Counted from the first letter of the stretch, positions 47,532-57,164 are shown. The stretch is 64,000 bases of DNA from an uncultured delta proteobacterium (GCA_963699755.1 CAVOVB010000011.1:7790-71789), one strand, 5' to 3'. Numbers and translations: made by a program. Notes: generated by a model from the letters alone, not told the origin.

Positions 47532-48426
47532 AACGCAAGCACTCCTTGCGGCGCTTCTTCTGTGCTCGATCTCCGTCACCGCGCTCGCTCTTCGCGTCCC
47601 CGAGCTCTCGGGACGCGTCAACGACTACGCGAATCTAATCAGCCCTGGCCCCGAAGCCCGCATCGATGCCCTGCTGGCGCAACTCGAGGAAGATACCGGA
47701 ACCCAAGTCGTCGTTCTCACAATCGACAGCCTAGAAGGCGAGCAGCTCGAAGAGTATAGCCTTCGGGTCGCCGAGGCCTGGCAGCTCGGCCGCGCAGATG
47801 CAGACGACGGCGCACTTCTACTCATCGCGAAGAACGATCGGAAGATGCGGATAGAGGTCGGATATGGCCTCGAGCCTGTGCTGAGCGACGTGCTCTCGAG
47901 AAGAATCCTAGACCAGGTGCTACGTCCGCGCTTCCGCGCCGGTGACTTCGATGGCGGCATCGAGCGTGCGGTCGAGGCAATCGACGGCTTGGTCCGCGGG
48001 ACGAGCACGCTGCCGCCACCGAGCCCGGGCGATACGGCGACCGCGACCGATTTCCCGATGAGGATCTTCGGCGGGCTTTGGCTCCTGTTCTTGGTCCCAT
48101 TCATCTGGGTCGTGATCAGCACCAATCCCTATCAGTGGTTCCTCTATTTCTTCATGATCCCATTCATCGGGGCGGGTGGGATCGCCACCCTCGGCCCCAA
48201 CGCGGCTCCCTTCTTCGTCGTCTTCTGGCTGATCGCAGCGCCGATCTTCTGGTCGTTCATAGGCCGACGACGGAAGAAACAGAAGCGAGCCCCCGGACGA
48301 CGGCGTTCGGGCTGGTCGGGCGGGAGCTGGTCGTCGAGAGGAAGAGGAGGCGGTTGGTCCGGTGGGGGTGGTTTCTCGGGCGGTGGTGGCAGCTTCGGCG
48401 GCGGTGGCTCTTCGAGCAGCTGGTGA
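47524..48426 (+). CDS. TPM-domain protein (YgcG-like), secreted N-terminal domain, C-terminal TM and Gly-rich tail
   Basis: Start at ATG 47524 (MTRTQALLAALLLCSISVTALA) overlaps the upstream stop. TPM signature RVNDYANLIS..TGTQVVVLTIDSLEG..DDGALLLIAKNDRKMRIEVGYGLE. Tail is GGGWSGGGGFSGGGGSFGGGG. Confidence 0.85.
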   Translation: MTRTQALLAALLLCSISVTALALRVPELSGRVNDYANLISPGPEARIDALLAQLEEDTGTQVVVLTIDSLEGEQLEEYSLRVAEAWQLGRADADDGALLLIAKNDRKMRIEVGYGLEPVLSDVLSRRILDQVLRPRFRAGDFDGGIERAVEAIDGLVRGTSTLPPPSPGDTATATDFPMRIFGGLWLLFLVPFIWVVISTNPYQWFLYFFMIPFIGAGGIATLGPNAAPFFVVFWLIAAPIFWSFIGRRRKKQKRAPGRRRSGWSGGSWSSRGRGGGWSGGGGFSGGGGSFGGGGSSSSW

Positions 48427-48429
48427 GCG

Positions 48430-48984
48430 CTACGGGTCGCTCTCGAGGCGGCCGTGCCAGTATACCCAGTTGGCCCAGGCTTCGGGAATAGAGCTCGCCG
48501 GGTCGACCCGAAACGCGACCAGGGGCAGCCACTTGGGTTTGACAGGAGGACGTCGCAAACGGAGGCCTGCCTGCCTGGGCGAACGATTGCCCTTCTTCTC
48601 GTTGCAGGCGTAGCAAGCCATCACGATGTTCTCCCAGTTGGTCTTGCCGCCTTGGGACTTCGGAAGCACGTGGTCGTAGGTCAGCCCTCGAAGGCGATGA
48701 CGCACCCCGCAGTACTGGCATTTGAAGTCGTCCCGCATCGCGACGTTGATCCGTGAAAACTTGATCGCACGCTTCCGGCCGACGATCGTTCGCAGGAGCC
48801 GCACGACCGCGGGCATCTTGATGGTGATGCTGACCGAGCGAACGTCTTCGTCGTACTCTTCGACGACTTCGACCTTGCCATCGAAAATCATGCAGACGGC
48901 TCGCTGCCAACTGATGATTCGGTGGGGCTCATAGCCCTGGTCTAAGACAAGGGTCCGCATTCCGTTCGAGGCTTCGTATATCAC
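48430..48984 (-). CDS. HNH endonuclease family protein
   Basis: CQYCG...YDHVLPKSQGGKTNWENIVMACYACNEKKGNR (HNH with zinc-binding cysteines). Confidence 0.88.
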   Translation of the reverse strand: MIYEASNGMRTLVLDQGYEPHRIISWQRAVCMIFDGKVEVVEEYDEDVRSVSITIKMPAVVRLLRTIVGRKRAIKFSRINVAMRDDFKCQYCGVRHRLRGLTYDHVLPKSQGGKTNWENIVMACYACNEKKGNRSPRQAGLRLRRPPVKPKWLPLVAFRVDPASSIPEAWANWVYWHGRLESDP

Positions 48985-49006
48985 ATGCTATACGCGGCGA
49001 TCAAAA

Positions 49007-49080
49007 GTCCTCGTAGCTCAGTAGGATAGAGCAGTGGTTTCCTAAACCGAAGGTCGGAGGTTCGAATCCTCCCGGGGACG
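49007..49080 (+). tRNA. tRNA-Arg (CCU)
   Basis: GTCCTCGTAGCTCAGTAGGATAGAGCAGTGGTTTCCTAAACCGAAGGTCGGAGGTTCGAATCCTCCCGGGGACG folds as a 74-nt cloverleaf with anticodon loop TTCCTAA. There is one mismatch at the top of the anticodon stem. CCA is not encoded. Confidence 0.88.
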
Positions 49081-49413
49081 CCCTCCGGCGGTTGACTTGA
49101 TCGGCCGACCTGTACTAGTCCTGGTCAACTTGGGAGCAGCACCATCTCTAGCGAACGACGATATCCGGCACCGGTCATTGCGGTTTCCAACCCCGCTCCT
49201 GCGGAGCAGCAGCACGGCGCCGCTCATCCCAAAACCAAACGGCGGAGCACGCTTCCCGACGATCTTCTGGCTCGGAGCGACGAAGAAGCGGCACGGCGCC
49301 TGGCCCTCAAGAGCCTCGGCGCCGCCCGGACGGCGGAGCGTCGACTGGACGATCGTTTCGATCGCGAGGCGCTGCATGATTTCCGGGTTTCCGTTCGTCG
49401 ACTTCGCAGCCTA

Positions 49414-50268
49414 TTGCGCGCATATCGAGCTCAACTCGATGGAGCGATACGGCCCAAGGACCGAAAGCGCCTCCGCGCAATCCAACAGGCGACTGGCGGC
49501 GGCCGTGAGGCCGAAGTGGCGCTCGAATGGCTGACCAAGCAGCAAGCCGACCTTGCGCCGGAGCATCTTGCGGGTCTCAACTGGCTCGCCTCTCTGCTGC
49601 TGGCGCGTCGGCGCGAGTGCGCCGAGGCGCTCGACACCGAGCTGCGAGAAGATTTTAGACGAACCGCCGAAAAGCTCGAAGAGCGGCTGGCGGTCATGCG
49701 AAGCGAACGGAACCTGCTGGCGGATCAGTCGCACGTGACCTTTGCACGAGCGCTTGCAAACCAGACCGAGGCCTACGCTACCGAACTGCTCGTCAACCTC
49801 GGCGAAATCGTCAGCATGGACCACACCGAGCGGCTGCACGAGGCCCGCATCGTCGCGAAGCGACTCCGCTATCTCCTCGAGCCCATCCGAGCGTACGTGG
49901 GCGGAGCGCAGTCGGTCGTGAGGCGAAGCAAGAGGCTGCAGGAGCTGCTCGGCGAATTGAACGATGTCCACGTTCTCATGCGTGAAATCGATCAGTCTTT
50001 CGAGGCCTCGATGCAGCAGAAGGCGAGCAAACTACGAGACTGCCTGCGCAGAGGCGACCTCGAACGCGCACGCCGTGAGGCCTCGGTCAGCGAATGGGCC
50101 GGCCTCGTCGAGCTCTACGGTCGACTCGACAAAGACCGCCGCCAGCTCATCGCAACCCTTCGTGATCGCTGGCTCGGCGGCGAGCTCGATGTGCTCGTGG
50201 CGCGAGCCCGCGACCTCGCGCAAGAATTGCGCATTGCGGACAGCCAGCTCAATAGTCCAGTATCGTGA
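49414..50268 (+). CDS. CHAD domain-containing protein (5' boundary unresolved)
   Basis: CHAD motif LHEARIVAKRLRYLLE. 49414 (TTG) is the first canonical start, but a second CHAD-type motif, ALHDFRVSVRRLRSLL, is encoded in the same frame upstream (about 49280-49413). Confidence 0.75.
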   Translation: MRAYRAQLDGAIRPKDRKRLRAIQQATGGGREAEVALEWLTKQQADLAPEHLAGLNWLASLLLARRRECAEALDTELREDFRRTAEKLEERLAVMRSERNLLADQSHVTFARALANQTEAYATELLVNLGEIVSMDHTERLHEARIVAKRLRYLLEPIRAYVGGAQSVVRRSKRLQELLGELNDVHVLMREIDQSFEASMQQKASKLRDCLRRGDLERARREASVSEWAGLVELYGRLDKDRRQLIATLRDRWLGGELDVLVARARDLAQELRIADSQLNSPVS

Positions 50269-50779
50269 CGACGCGGCTCGGGGCCAGCTTCTCGTTGCCT
50301 TCGAGGGCGGCCAAGTTGATCAGGAAGACGAAGGCTGCGACTTCGGCACCGCACTTGTGGACGAGATCTTTGGTCGCTCGCGCCGTGCCGCCGGTGGCGA
50401 TCAAATCATCGACCACCACGACCCGCTCATGCGGCCGGAGCGCATCTTGGTGGATCTCCACGGCGTCGCTTCCGTATTCGAGGTCATACTCGACGCGATA
50501 GGTCGCCGCGGGAAGCTTGCCTGGTTTTCGGACGGGAACGAAACCCACTCCGAGCGCGTCGGCCAGGGCCGCACCGAACATGAAGCCGCGCGACTCGATG
50601 CCGACGACCGCATCCACCGTCTCTCCATCGAGAGGCTCCGCCATGAGTCGGATGCAGGTACGGAAGGCTTCGACGTCGGCCAGCAGCGGTGTGATGTCCT
50701 TGAAGAGGATGCCCTCCCTGGGAAAATTGGGCACGTCCCGGATGCGCCTGCGCAAGAGGCTGACGCGCTCATCGCTCAT
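50249..50779 (-). CDS. apt: Adenine phosphoribosyltransferase
   Basis: Start at ATG 50779 (MSDERVSLLRRRIRDVPNFPREGILFKDITPLL) overlaps the surE stop (ATGA). PRPP motif VVVVDDLIATGGTA. Confidence 0.93.
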   Translation of the reverse strand: MSDERVSLLRRRIRDVPNFPREGILFKDITPLLADVEAFRTCIRLMAEPLDGETVDAVVGIESRGFMFGAALADALGVGFVPVRKPGKLPAATYRVEYDLEYGSDAVEIHQDALRPHERVVVVDDLIATGGTARATKDLVHKCGAEVAAFVFLINLAALEGNEKLAPSRVVTILDY

Positions 50780-51540
50780 GGTTCCCCTTTCGATCCGGCC
50801 ACGTACGCTGCGACGCCCAGATGGTCCGGCTGCGTGGCCTCGATGCTCAGAGGCGTGACGGAGATGAAGCCCGCATCGAGCGCTTCGGTATCGGCACCTT
50901 CGACTGGCTCGCTCGTGGCGCCCCCTGGACCGCCAATCCACAGGTAGTGCCGCCCCCGTGGATCGTCGCGCACCTCGACCTCGTCGGAATAGAGCCGAAG
51001 CCCGAGCCGCGTTGCCCGAACTCCCTTGGGCGGGACCGGAGGAAAGTTGACGTTGAGCAGAATGGCTTGCCCTGCGGGTGCGGTGGTCTGCAGAAGCTGC
51101 TTACAGAAGCGCTTGGCGTATTGAGCCGCCCCTTCCATGTCCGCGGAGCAGCTTGAAAAGGCGATCGACCGCACCCCGCGGAGCGCTCCCTCCCGTGCGG
51201 CCGCCACCGTGCCCGAGTAGTGCACGTCGTTTCCGAGATTGGGCCCATGGTTGATCCCCGAGACCACCATGTCCGGCCTGCGTGGCAAGAGGTCTTTGAG
51301 GAAGAACGCGACGTACACGCAGTCCGCGGGTGTGCCGTCGACTGCCCAGACGTGCTTCTCGACTTCGTGAAAACGCAGCGGATGATGGAGCGTGATCGAG
51401 TGGCTCTTCGCGCTCTGCTCGGTCTGCGGGGCCACAGTGTAGACATCGGCAAACGTCGACAGGGCAGTGCGCAGCGCGATAACCCCCGGCGCATCGACCC
51501 CATCGTCGTTGGAAACCAAGAGCAGTGGGCGGTCCGACAT
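50776..51540 (-). CDS. surE: 5'/3'-nucleotidase SurE
   Basis: MSDRPLLLVSNDDGVDAPGV, SGINHGPNLG and YSGTVAAAREG. Confidence 0.93.
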   Translation of the reverse strand: MSDRPLLLVSNDDGVDAPGVIALRTALSTFADVYTVAPQTEQSAKSHSITLHHPLRFHEVEKHVWAVDGTPADCVYVAFFLKDLLPRRPDMVVSGINHGPNLGNDVHYSGTVAAAREGALRGVRSIAFSSCSADMEGAAQYAKRFCKQLLQTTAPAGQAILLNVNFPPVPPKGVRATRLGLRLYSDEVEVRDDPRGRHYLWIGGPGGATSEPVEGADTEALDAGFISVTPLSIEATQPDHLGVAAYVAGSKGEP

Positions 51541-51645
51541 GCGCTCAACGACCTATCGCGGATGCGCGATTCGGGCAACGGGATTGACCTTTGGGAGACC
51601 GAACGGTGGCCAATATCGGAATGCTGGCGGGCGGATACAAGCGGG

Positions 51646-51688
51646 TATAAAAGGAGGACCGGCGGGCTTTCACCCTCCGGTCCGCCAT
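51646..51688 (-). terminator. Candidate intrinsic terminator after tRNA-Pro
   Basis: Minus strand has GGACCGG...CCGGTCC (51683-51677 / 51662-51656) followed by TCCTTTTAT. Confidence 0.5.
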
Positions 51689-51765
<77 letters not shown>

Positions 51766-51830
51766 TCCAACCTCTCGATGAGAGGCAGCCGACTGTAACG
51801 CAGGCCGCCTGGAACGCAAACCAAACATGA

Positions 51831-51860
51831 GCAAAAAGCGCCTGAAAAGCGTACTCAGGC
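51831..51860 (-). terminator. Intrinsic terminator after the merR-family gene
   Basis: Minus strand has GCCTGA-N9-TCAGGC followed by GCTTTTTG. The stem includes the stop codon. Confidence 0.6.
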
Positions 51861-52310
51861 CTCTGGACCGCGCTTGACGGTCACCGGGACCACCTTGTGC
51901 ACGGTCACCTGAAGGGGCGCAGTCTTGACCGGCTCACCCTGATCGCTGGAGAAGCCGTCGAGCAGCTCAGTCAACTGCTGGCGCAGACCAAGAAGCTCGG
52001 CGCGCAAGGCCACCTCGCGCTGTGCGCGCGGCTCCGGAGGGCTGCTGCGCTGATGGAGACCCAGATCACGGATACGCTTGCGTGCACCGGGAATCGTGTA
52101 GCCCTGGTCATGAAGGAGCTGGCGAATCAACATCGCGAGCTCGACGTCTTTGCGGCTGTACTGCCGATGCGCCCCGCGGGTTTTTTTGGGACGCAGCGCG
52201 GGAAACTCCGTCTCCCAGTAGCGTAGCGCGTGGGGCTTGACGCCGACGATGTCGGCGACTTCGCCAATCTTGAAGAACAGTTTGTCGGGCAGTTGGGTGC
52301 GCCGTGCCAT
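51855..52310 (-). CDS. MerR-family transcriptional regulator
   Basis: [45 protein letters not shown] is a MerR-type HTH. Confidence 0.88.
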   Translation of the reverse strand: MARRTQLPDKLFFKIGEVADIVGVKPHALRYWETEFPALRPKKTRGAHRQYSRKDVELAMLIRQLLHDQGYTIPGARKRIRDLGLHQRSSPPEPRAQREVALRAELLGLRQQLTELLDGFSSDQGEPVKTAPLQVTVHKVVPVTVKRGPEA

Positions 52311-52318
52311 CGTTGAGC

Positions 52319-52639
52319 TCAGAAGCCTTCTTGCGAACCAGCGCCGTCCTCAGCGGTGCGATCCGGGTTGAGCACTGTTTTGAGTACCTGACTGGGCTTG
52401 AACGTCAACACGCGCCGCGCGCTGATTGGAATTGGGGCGCCCGTCTGCGGGTTTCGGCCGATGCGCTCTTTCTTAGCGCGCACCACGAAGTTTCCAAACC
52501 CTGAGATTTTGATTTTGTCACCATCGGCCAACACGTCCTTCATCGTGTCGAAAACGGCCTCGACGACCTCTGCAGCTTCTTTCTTCGAGAAGCCCCCAAC
52601 CTTCTCGTAGACGGCATCAATGATTTCCGCTTTCGTCAT
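52319..52639 (-). CDS. ihfA: Integration host factor subunit alpha
   Basis: Start at ATG 52639 ([16 protein letters not shown]). [37 protein letters not shown]. Confidence 0.92.
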   Translation of the reverse strand: MTKAEIIDAVYEKVGGFSKKEAAEVVEAVFDTMKDVLADGDKIKISGFGNFVVRAKKERIGRNPQTGAPIPISARRVLTFKPSQVLKTVLNPDRTAEDGAGSQEGF

Positions 52640-52760
52640 TCGGTCTGTTCCTCCAGATGCCCGGTATGGCGGAGAGAACCACAAATCGGTTTGAATCTCA
52701 AGGGTTTGGCGCGCCCACCTCGATAGAAAGGTGCGTATTCTCGCACATCATGAGATATCC

Positions 52761-55241
52761 CTAGCGGATGGTCGCTCCAAAGCGATCGCTTGCCAGCCTG
52801 GCTAGCGACGCGTGGACTTTGTCCACCCTCTTGTCGGTCAGTGTTCCCTCCGGATCGCGGTAGGTCACTCGGAAGGCAAGGCTGCGATGGCCCTCCGGAA
52901 TCTGATCGCCTCGGTAGAGATCGAAGAGGCGGACCGACTCCGCCAAACCCTCCGAAGCATCGCGGAGCGCGTCGGCGATCTCGCCGGCGTTGAACTGATC
53001 ATGGACGAGCATCGCGATGTCGCGCGCGACGGCCGGAAACCTCGGAAGGTCACGCGCCTGCCTCGGCCCGAGCTCTTCCGACAGGGCATGGAGCCCTGCC
53101 ACACCCAGCTCCGCATAGATCACTCTACCGATGAGCCCCAGATCGAGGCCGACATCGGGGTGCATCTCTCCGACGAAGCCGATCGGGCGCGACGCAAGAG
53201 TCACGAGTGCGGAGCGCTTCGGATGCAAGAAGCTCGGCACCTCCCCCAGGACGAGCTCGGGGGCTTGCCCAAAGACGCGATCGACTATCGCTTGGACGAC
53301 GCCCTTGCCGTCGTATAGGTCAAACGATTGCTCGCCACCAATCCAACCCGAGCGCTGCCCGGCCAAGACGATCGCCAGCACGGTGTCTTCGCGCGGAAGA
53401 AGATCGTCACTCGGCTGAAACGTTCGCGCAAGCTCGAAGAGCCTGACCTCGGTTGCCCCCCTTCGCTGCGCGCGGGTCGCCGCAGCGGTGAGCCCCGGGA
53501 GTAAGGACGTCCTCATGATCGAGCGCTCTTCGGAAAGCGGGTTTGCGAGCCGCACTGCAGCAGTGGATACTCTGGCCTTGCGCAAGTCGTCGACCGACAG
53601 AAATCCGTAATTCACGGCTTCGTAGAGGCCCGCGGCCACGGCCGCCCCTCGAAGGCGATCGGTGAACTTGAGCAAGCTGGCCGTGCCCGATTCGGACGGA
53701 TGAACGCGTGGCACCGCCGTCGGAATCTCTTCGTAGCCCCGTATTCGAGCAACTTCTTCGATGAGGTCGACCTCGCGACCGAGGTCAGGCCTCCAGCTCG
53801 GTGCCTCGGCCGTGATCGCATCGTCACTTGGATCGACGATGCGACAGCCGAGCGATTCGAGGATGCGAAGGCTTTCCGTTTTCGACACCGGTGTCCCGAG
53901 AAGCTGTGTAGCTCGGGCGGGGCGAAAGCGGATCGACCTCGCCTCATACGCGGTCGCGACGCGATCGATAGCAGTTGTCGCTGCAAGCCCACGTCCGAGC
54001 TCGGCGATCAGAGAGGCAGCGCTCGCGAGAACGCGCGGGACGGCCTCCGGGTCGACACCACGTTCGAATCGATAGCTCGAATCGGTCGACAGGCCCAGGC
54101 GCCGCGACGTGCGCCGAATCGACGTCGGATCGAAGTACGCACACTCGATGAGCACGTCTTTGGTCTCATCGCGTATCTCGGTACCGAGGCCGCCCATGAC
54201 GCCAGCCACTGCGACCGGACCATTTCCGTCACAGATCAGTAGGTCGTCGCCGGTGAAGGTACGCTCGATTCCATCGAGGGTCGCCATCTTTTCGCCTGGC
54301 CTCGCCCGACGCACGACGACCTTGGATCCGCCGAGTCGGGCGAGGTCGAAACCGTGAATCGGATGGCCCCACTCGAGAAGAATCAGATTCGTCGCATCGA
54401 CCACGTTCGAGAGCGCCCGAAGCCCGAGATTGTGCAGCCTGTAGCGCAGCCAAAATGGGGAAGGCGCGACTCGGACATCGACCACCAGTGCGGCGCCGTA
54501 CCGAGGACAGCGATCGGCATCCAGGATTTCGACACGAATCGAGGGACACTCAGGGGCATCGGCGGCTTTGCTCCCGTCGTCCCAGAGTGCTCTGAGATCG
54601 GTCGTCGGCTCGCCGGACTTGAAAGCGCCGCCGGCGGCGAAGGTGCGCCGCGGCCCGGCCGATTTGCGAGAAGCGAAGCCCACGCCGTAAAGCACCCCAA
54701 TCTCGCGGGCGATCCCGACGTGGCCCAGGCAATCAGGACGATTGGGCGTAAGGCTGATATCCAGAATCACGTCATGAAGGTCGAGCGCATCGGCCACATC
54801 GACGCCTGGAAGCGCTTGGTTCTCGGCGTCGACGACGAAAATTCCATCACCGTCGGTGCCGATCCCAAGCTCGGTCTCGCTGCAGATCATTCCACTCGAC
54901 TCGACGCCGGCGACCTTCCGCGGGGCGATCTGAATCCCGTTCGGCAGGACCGCGCCCGACCGGGCGAAGAGAACCTGGCCGCCTGGCTCGGGCACATTAG
55001 ACGCGCCGCAGACGACCTCAAGCTCGTTCTCTCCGTCGAAGACCGTAACCAGAGTCAGGTTGTCTTTCTTCGGATGAGGGCTCTTGGCGCGAACTTCCGC
55101 GATGACGACGCCGACGAGGTTCTTGCCTTTCTCTTCCATCGCCTCGACTTCGAGACCTGCAAGCGAAAGACGTTCCGCGACCTCGGCGACATCCGCGTCG
55201 ACGGGACAGAGCTCTTGCAACCAGCGAAATGAAACCAGCAT
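52761..55241 (-). CDS. pheT: Phenylalanine--tRNA ligase beta subunit
   Basis: Start at ATG 55241 (MLVSFRWLQELCP), 8 nt after the pheS stop. tRNA-binding, B3/4, B5 and FDX-ACB regions are recognisable. Confidence 0.95.
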   Translation of the reverse strand: MLVSFRWLQELCPVDADVAEVAERLSLAGLEVEAMEEKGKNLVGVVIAEVRAKSPHPKKDNLTLVTVFDGENELEVVCGASNVPEPGGQVLFARSGAVLPNGIQIAPRKVAGVESSGMICSETELGIGTDGDGIFVVDAENQALPGVDVADALDLHDVILDISLTPNRPDCLGHVGIAREIGVLYGVGFASRKSAGPRRTFAAGGAFKSGEPTTDLRALWDDGSKAADAPECPSIRVEILDADRCPRYGAALVVDVRVAPSPFWLRYRLHNLGLRALSNVVDATNLILLEWGHPIHGFDLARLGGSKVVVRRARPGEKMATLDGIERTFTGDDLLICDGNGPVAVAGVMGGLGTEIRDETKDVLIECAYFDPTSIRRTSRRLGLSTDSSYRFERGVDPEAVPRVLASAASLIAELGRGLAATTAIDRVATAYEARSIRFRPARATQLLGTPVSKTESLRILESLGCRIVDPSDDAITAEAPSWRPDLGREVDLIEEVARIRGYEEIPTAVPRVHPSESGTASLLKFTDRLRGAAVAAGLYEAVNYGFLSVDDLRKARVSTAAVRLANPLSEERSIMRTSLLPGLTAAATRAQRRGATEVRLFELARTFQPSDDLLPREDTVLAIVLAGQRSGWIGGEQSFDLYDGKGVVQAIVDRVFGQAPELVLGEVPSFLHPKRSALVTLASRPIGFVGEMHPDVGLDLGLIGRVIYAELGVAGLHALSEELGPRQARDLPRFPAVARDIAMLVHDQFNAGEIADALRDASEGLAESVRLFDLYRGDQIPEGHRSLAFRVTYRDPEGTLTDKRVDKVHASLARLASDRFGATIR

Positions 55242-55249
55242 CACCCTTC

Positions 55250-56338
55250 CTAAAACTGCGACAGGAACCGAACGTCGTTCTCGTAGAGGAGCTTGATATT
55301 CGGGATGCCGTACTTCAGCATGGCGATGCGGTCGAGACCCATACCAAACGCGAATCCGGTGTATTTCTCCGGGTCGTATCCGACGTTCTCGAAGACGACT
55401 GGATGAATCATTCCGCAGCCGAGGATCTCCATCCACCCGGTGCCTTTGCAGATACGGCACTCAGCGGTACGCGCCCGGTTGCCTTCCCAGGCCCGACAGA
55501 AGACGCAACTCATGTCGACCTCGCCGCCAGGCTCGACGAACGGGAAGTAGCTCGCGCGAAAGCGAACCGCGATATGCTCATCGAATAGGCGGCGAAGAAA
55601 GAGCGTGAGCACGCCCTTGAGCTCGGCAAAGGCGACGTCTTCATCGACGAGGAACCCTTCGAGCTGAAAGAACATGGGCGAATGGGTGGCGTCATCGTCG
55701 CGGCGGTACACCGCGCCCGGAGAAACGATCGCAAGCGGGGGCTGACGCTTCATCATCTCGCGAATCTGGATGGTCGAGGTCTGCGTGCGAAGCAGCACGC
55801 TTTCGGTGTCCGATGCGCCGTCTTCGCGGATGAAGAAGGTGTCCTGCTCGTCGGTCGCGGGATGATCCGGCGGGAATCCAAGCTTGTCGAAGCAGTTTTC
55901 GTAGAGCTCGACCTCGGGCCCATCGGCGATGTCGAAGCCGAGCGAAACGAAGATTTCGAGCACCTCGTTTCGAACGCGGGTGATCGGATGGAATCGGCCT
56001 GGCATCTGCCAGCGGCCCGGCAAGGTCACATCGAGCGCGGCACCTGTGAGCTCTGCTTCGCGCGCGCCCCGATGAATGTTCTGTAGAGCCTCATCGAAGG
56101 TCGATTGAATTTCTTGCTTGAGCGCGTTGGCAGCCTGACCAAGCGCGCGCCGCCGCTCGCCCGGGAGCTCTGGCATGAGCTTGAGGAGCTTGGTGAGCTC
56201 ACCTTGCGGTCCTAGGTATCGCCCGTTGATCAAGCGAAGCTCGGGCTCGTCACCTGCAGCCCGCAAGGCTTCGGCATAGGCGCCACGGATTTCGTCAAGC
56301 CCGTTCTCGAACGTCTGAACCGCATCAGGCTTTGCCAT
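55250..56338 (-). CDS. pheS: Phenylalanine--tRNA ligase alpha subunit
   Basis: HPITRVRNEVLEIF, class II motifs (FRRDDDATHSPMFFQLEG, GFAFGMGLDRIAMLKYG). Confidence 0.96.
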   Translation of the reverse strand: MAKPDAVQTFENGLDEIRGAYAEALRAAGDEPELRLINGRYLGPQGELTKLLKLMPELPGERRRALGQAANALKQEIQSTFDEALQNIHRGAREAELTGAALDVTLPGRWQMPGRFHPITRVRNEVLEIFVSLGFDIADGPEVELYENCFDKLGFPPDHPATDEQDTFFIREDGASDTESVLLRTQTSTIQIREMMKRQPPLAIVSPGAVYRRDDDATHSPMFFQLEGFLVDEDVAFAELKGVLTLFLRRLFDEHIAVRFRASYFPFVEPGGEVDMSCVFCRAWEGNRARTAECRICKGTGWMEILGCGMIHPVVFENVGYDPEKYTGFAFGMGLDRIAMLKYGIPNIKLLYENDVRFLSQF

Positions 56339-56355
56339 GGCGCGTCCTGACTGTG

Positions 56356-56700
56356 TTAATCGATGGCTTCGACGACGGCCTTGAATCCGCCCGGATCGGC
56401 GTACGCAATCTCTGCGAGCACCTTGCGGTCGAGCGCGATATTCGAGCGCTTGAGCCCCGAGATGAACTGGCTGTAGTTGATGCCGTTGTTACGCGCCGCT
56501 GCATTGATGCGGGCGATCCACAGGCGGCGGTATTCGCGCTTTTTGGTGCGTCGATGCCGGTAGGCGTCCTGCCATGCGTTGTGAACCTGTTCGATCGCAA
56601 CGTGGAAGGCCTTGCGGCGCGCTCCGTAGTAGCCTTTCGCATGCGTGAGCACGCGATTGCGTCGGCGGCGGGCTTTGAAGCCTCGTTTAACTCTGGGCAT
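56356..56700 (-). CDS. rplT: 50S ribosomal protein L20
   Basis: MPRVKRGFKARRRRNRVL... Confidence 0.97.
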   Translation of the reverse strand: MPRVKRGFKARRRRNRVLTHAKGYYGARRKAFHVAIEQVHNAWQDAYRHRRTKKREYRRLWIARINAAARNNGINYSQFISGLKRSNIALDRKVLAEIAYADPGGFKAVVEAID

Positions 56701-56721
56701 TGGGCGTTCTCCTTAGAAGTC

Positions 56722-56922
56722 TTAGAGCTCGTAAGGAACCAAACGCCGGATGCGGGGTTCGTCGCTCGGGTGGACCATGGAGTTCTTTTTGAGCTTCCGC
56801 AGTCGATTGGCGGACTTTCCACGCATGATGTGCTGCTTGCCAGCCGTGGAACGGCGAATGCGCCCTCCACCCGTGGCTTTGAACCGCTTCGCAGCAGCAC
56901 GCTTTGTCTTCATCTTAGGCAT
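56722..56922 (-). CDS. rpmI: 50S ribosomal protein L35
   Basis: MPKMKTKRAAAKRFKATGGGRIRR... Confidence 0.96.
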   Translation of the reverse strand: MPKMKTKRAAAKRFKATGGGRIRRSTAGKQHIMRGKSANRLRKLKKNSMVHPSDEPRIRRLVPYEL

Positions 56923-57164
56923 CTGACTGTCCTCACTTGAAGCTCCCGGACCAGCGGCGCCCGCGGCCAGGGAGCGGAGAGCAGGCTGTGTAGCGCGTGC
57001 CTCTCCTCGGTCAAGGGGACAGACTCGCCCTCCGAAACCCTTGCGGTTTCAAATGCTTGAAGGCCAAAGCGCGGTGACCCCATCGAGGCCCCCTTCTGGC
57101 GGTCAGGACCCTAACTGCGGGAAAGGGCTTCCCTCTCGAGGGTGAGCCAGTCCCCGTTGCTGTT

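Noticed and set aside
48290-48423. Apparent GGN-rich DNA tandem repeat.
   Set aside because: It is the coding sequence of the Gly-rich C-terminal tail of the TPM protein. This is low-complexity coding sequence, not an independent repeat element.
49081-49140. Possible att site or promoter just after tRNA-Arg (GTTGAC...GTCAAC inverted hexamers; TTGACT at 49092 with TACTAG at 49113).
   Set aside because: There is no duplicate of the tRNA 3' end and no recombinase nearby. The -35/-10 spacing of 15 nt is poor, so I cannot support either call.
56923-57164. Possible L20-binding ribosomal-protein leader upstream of rpmI, including the hairpin GAAACC-N5-GGTTTC at about 57034-57050.
   Set aside because: I cannot recognise the known L20 leader pseudoknot or helix mimic by eye. 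It is mentioned only as something to test with covariance models.
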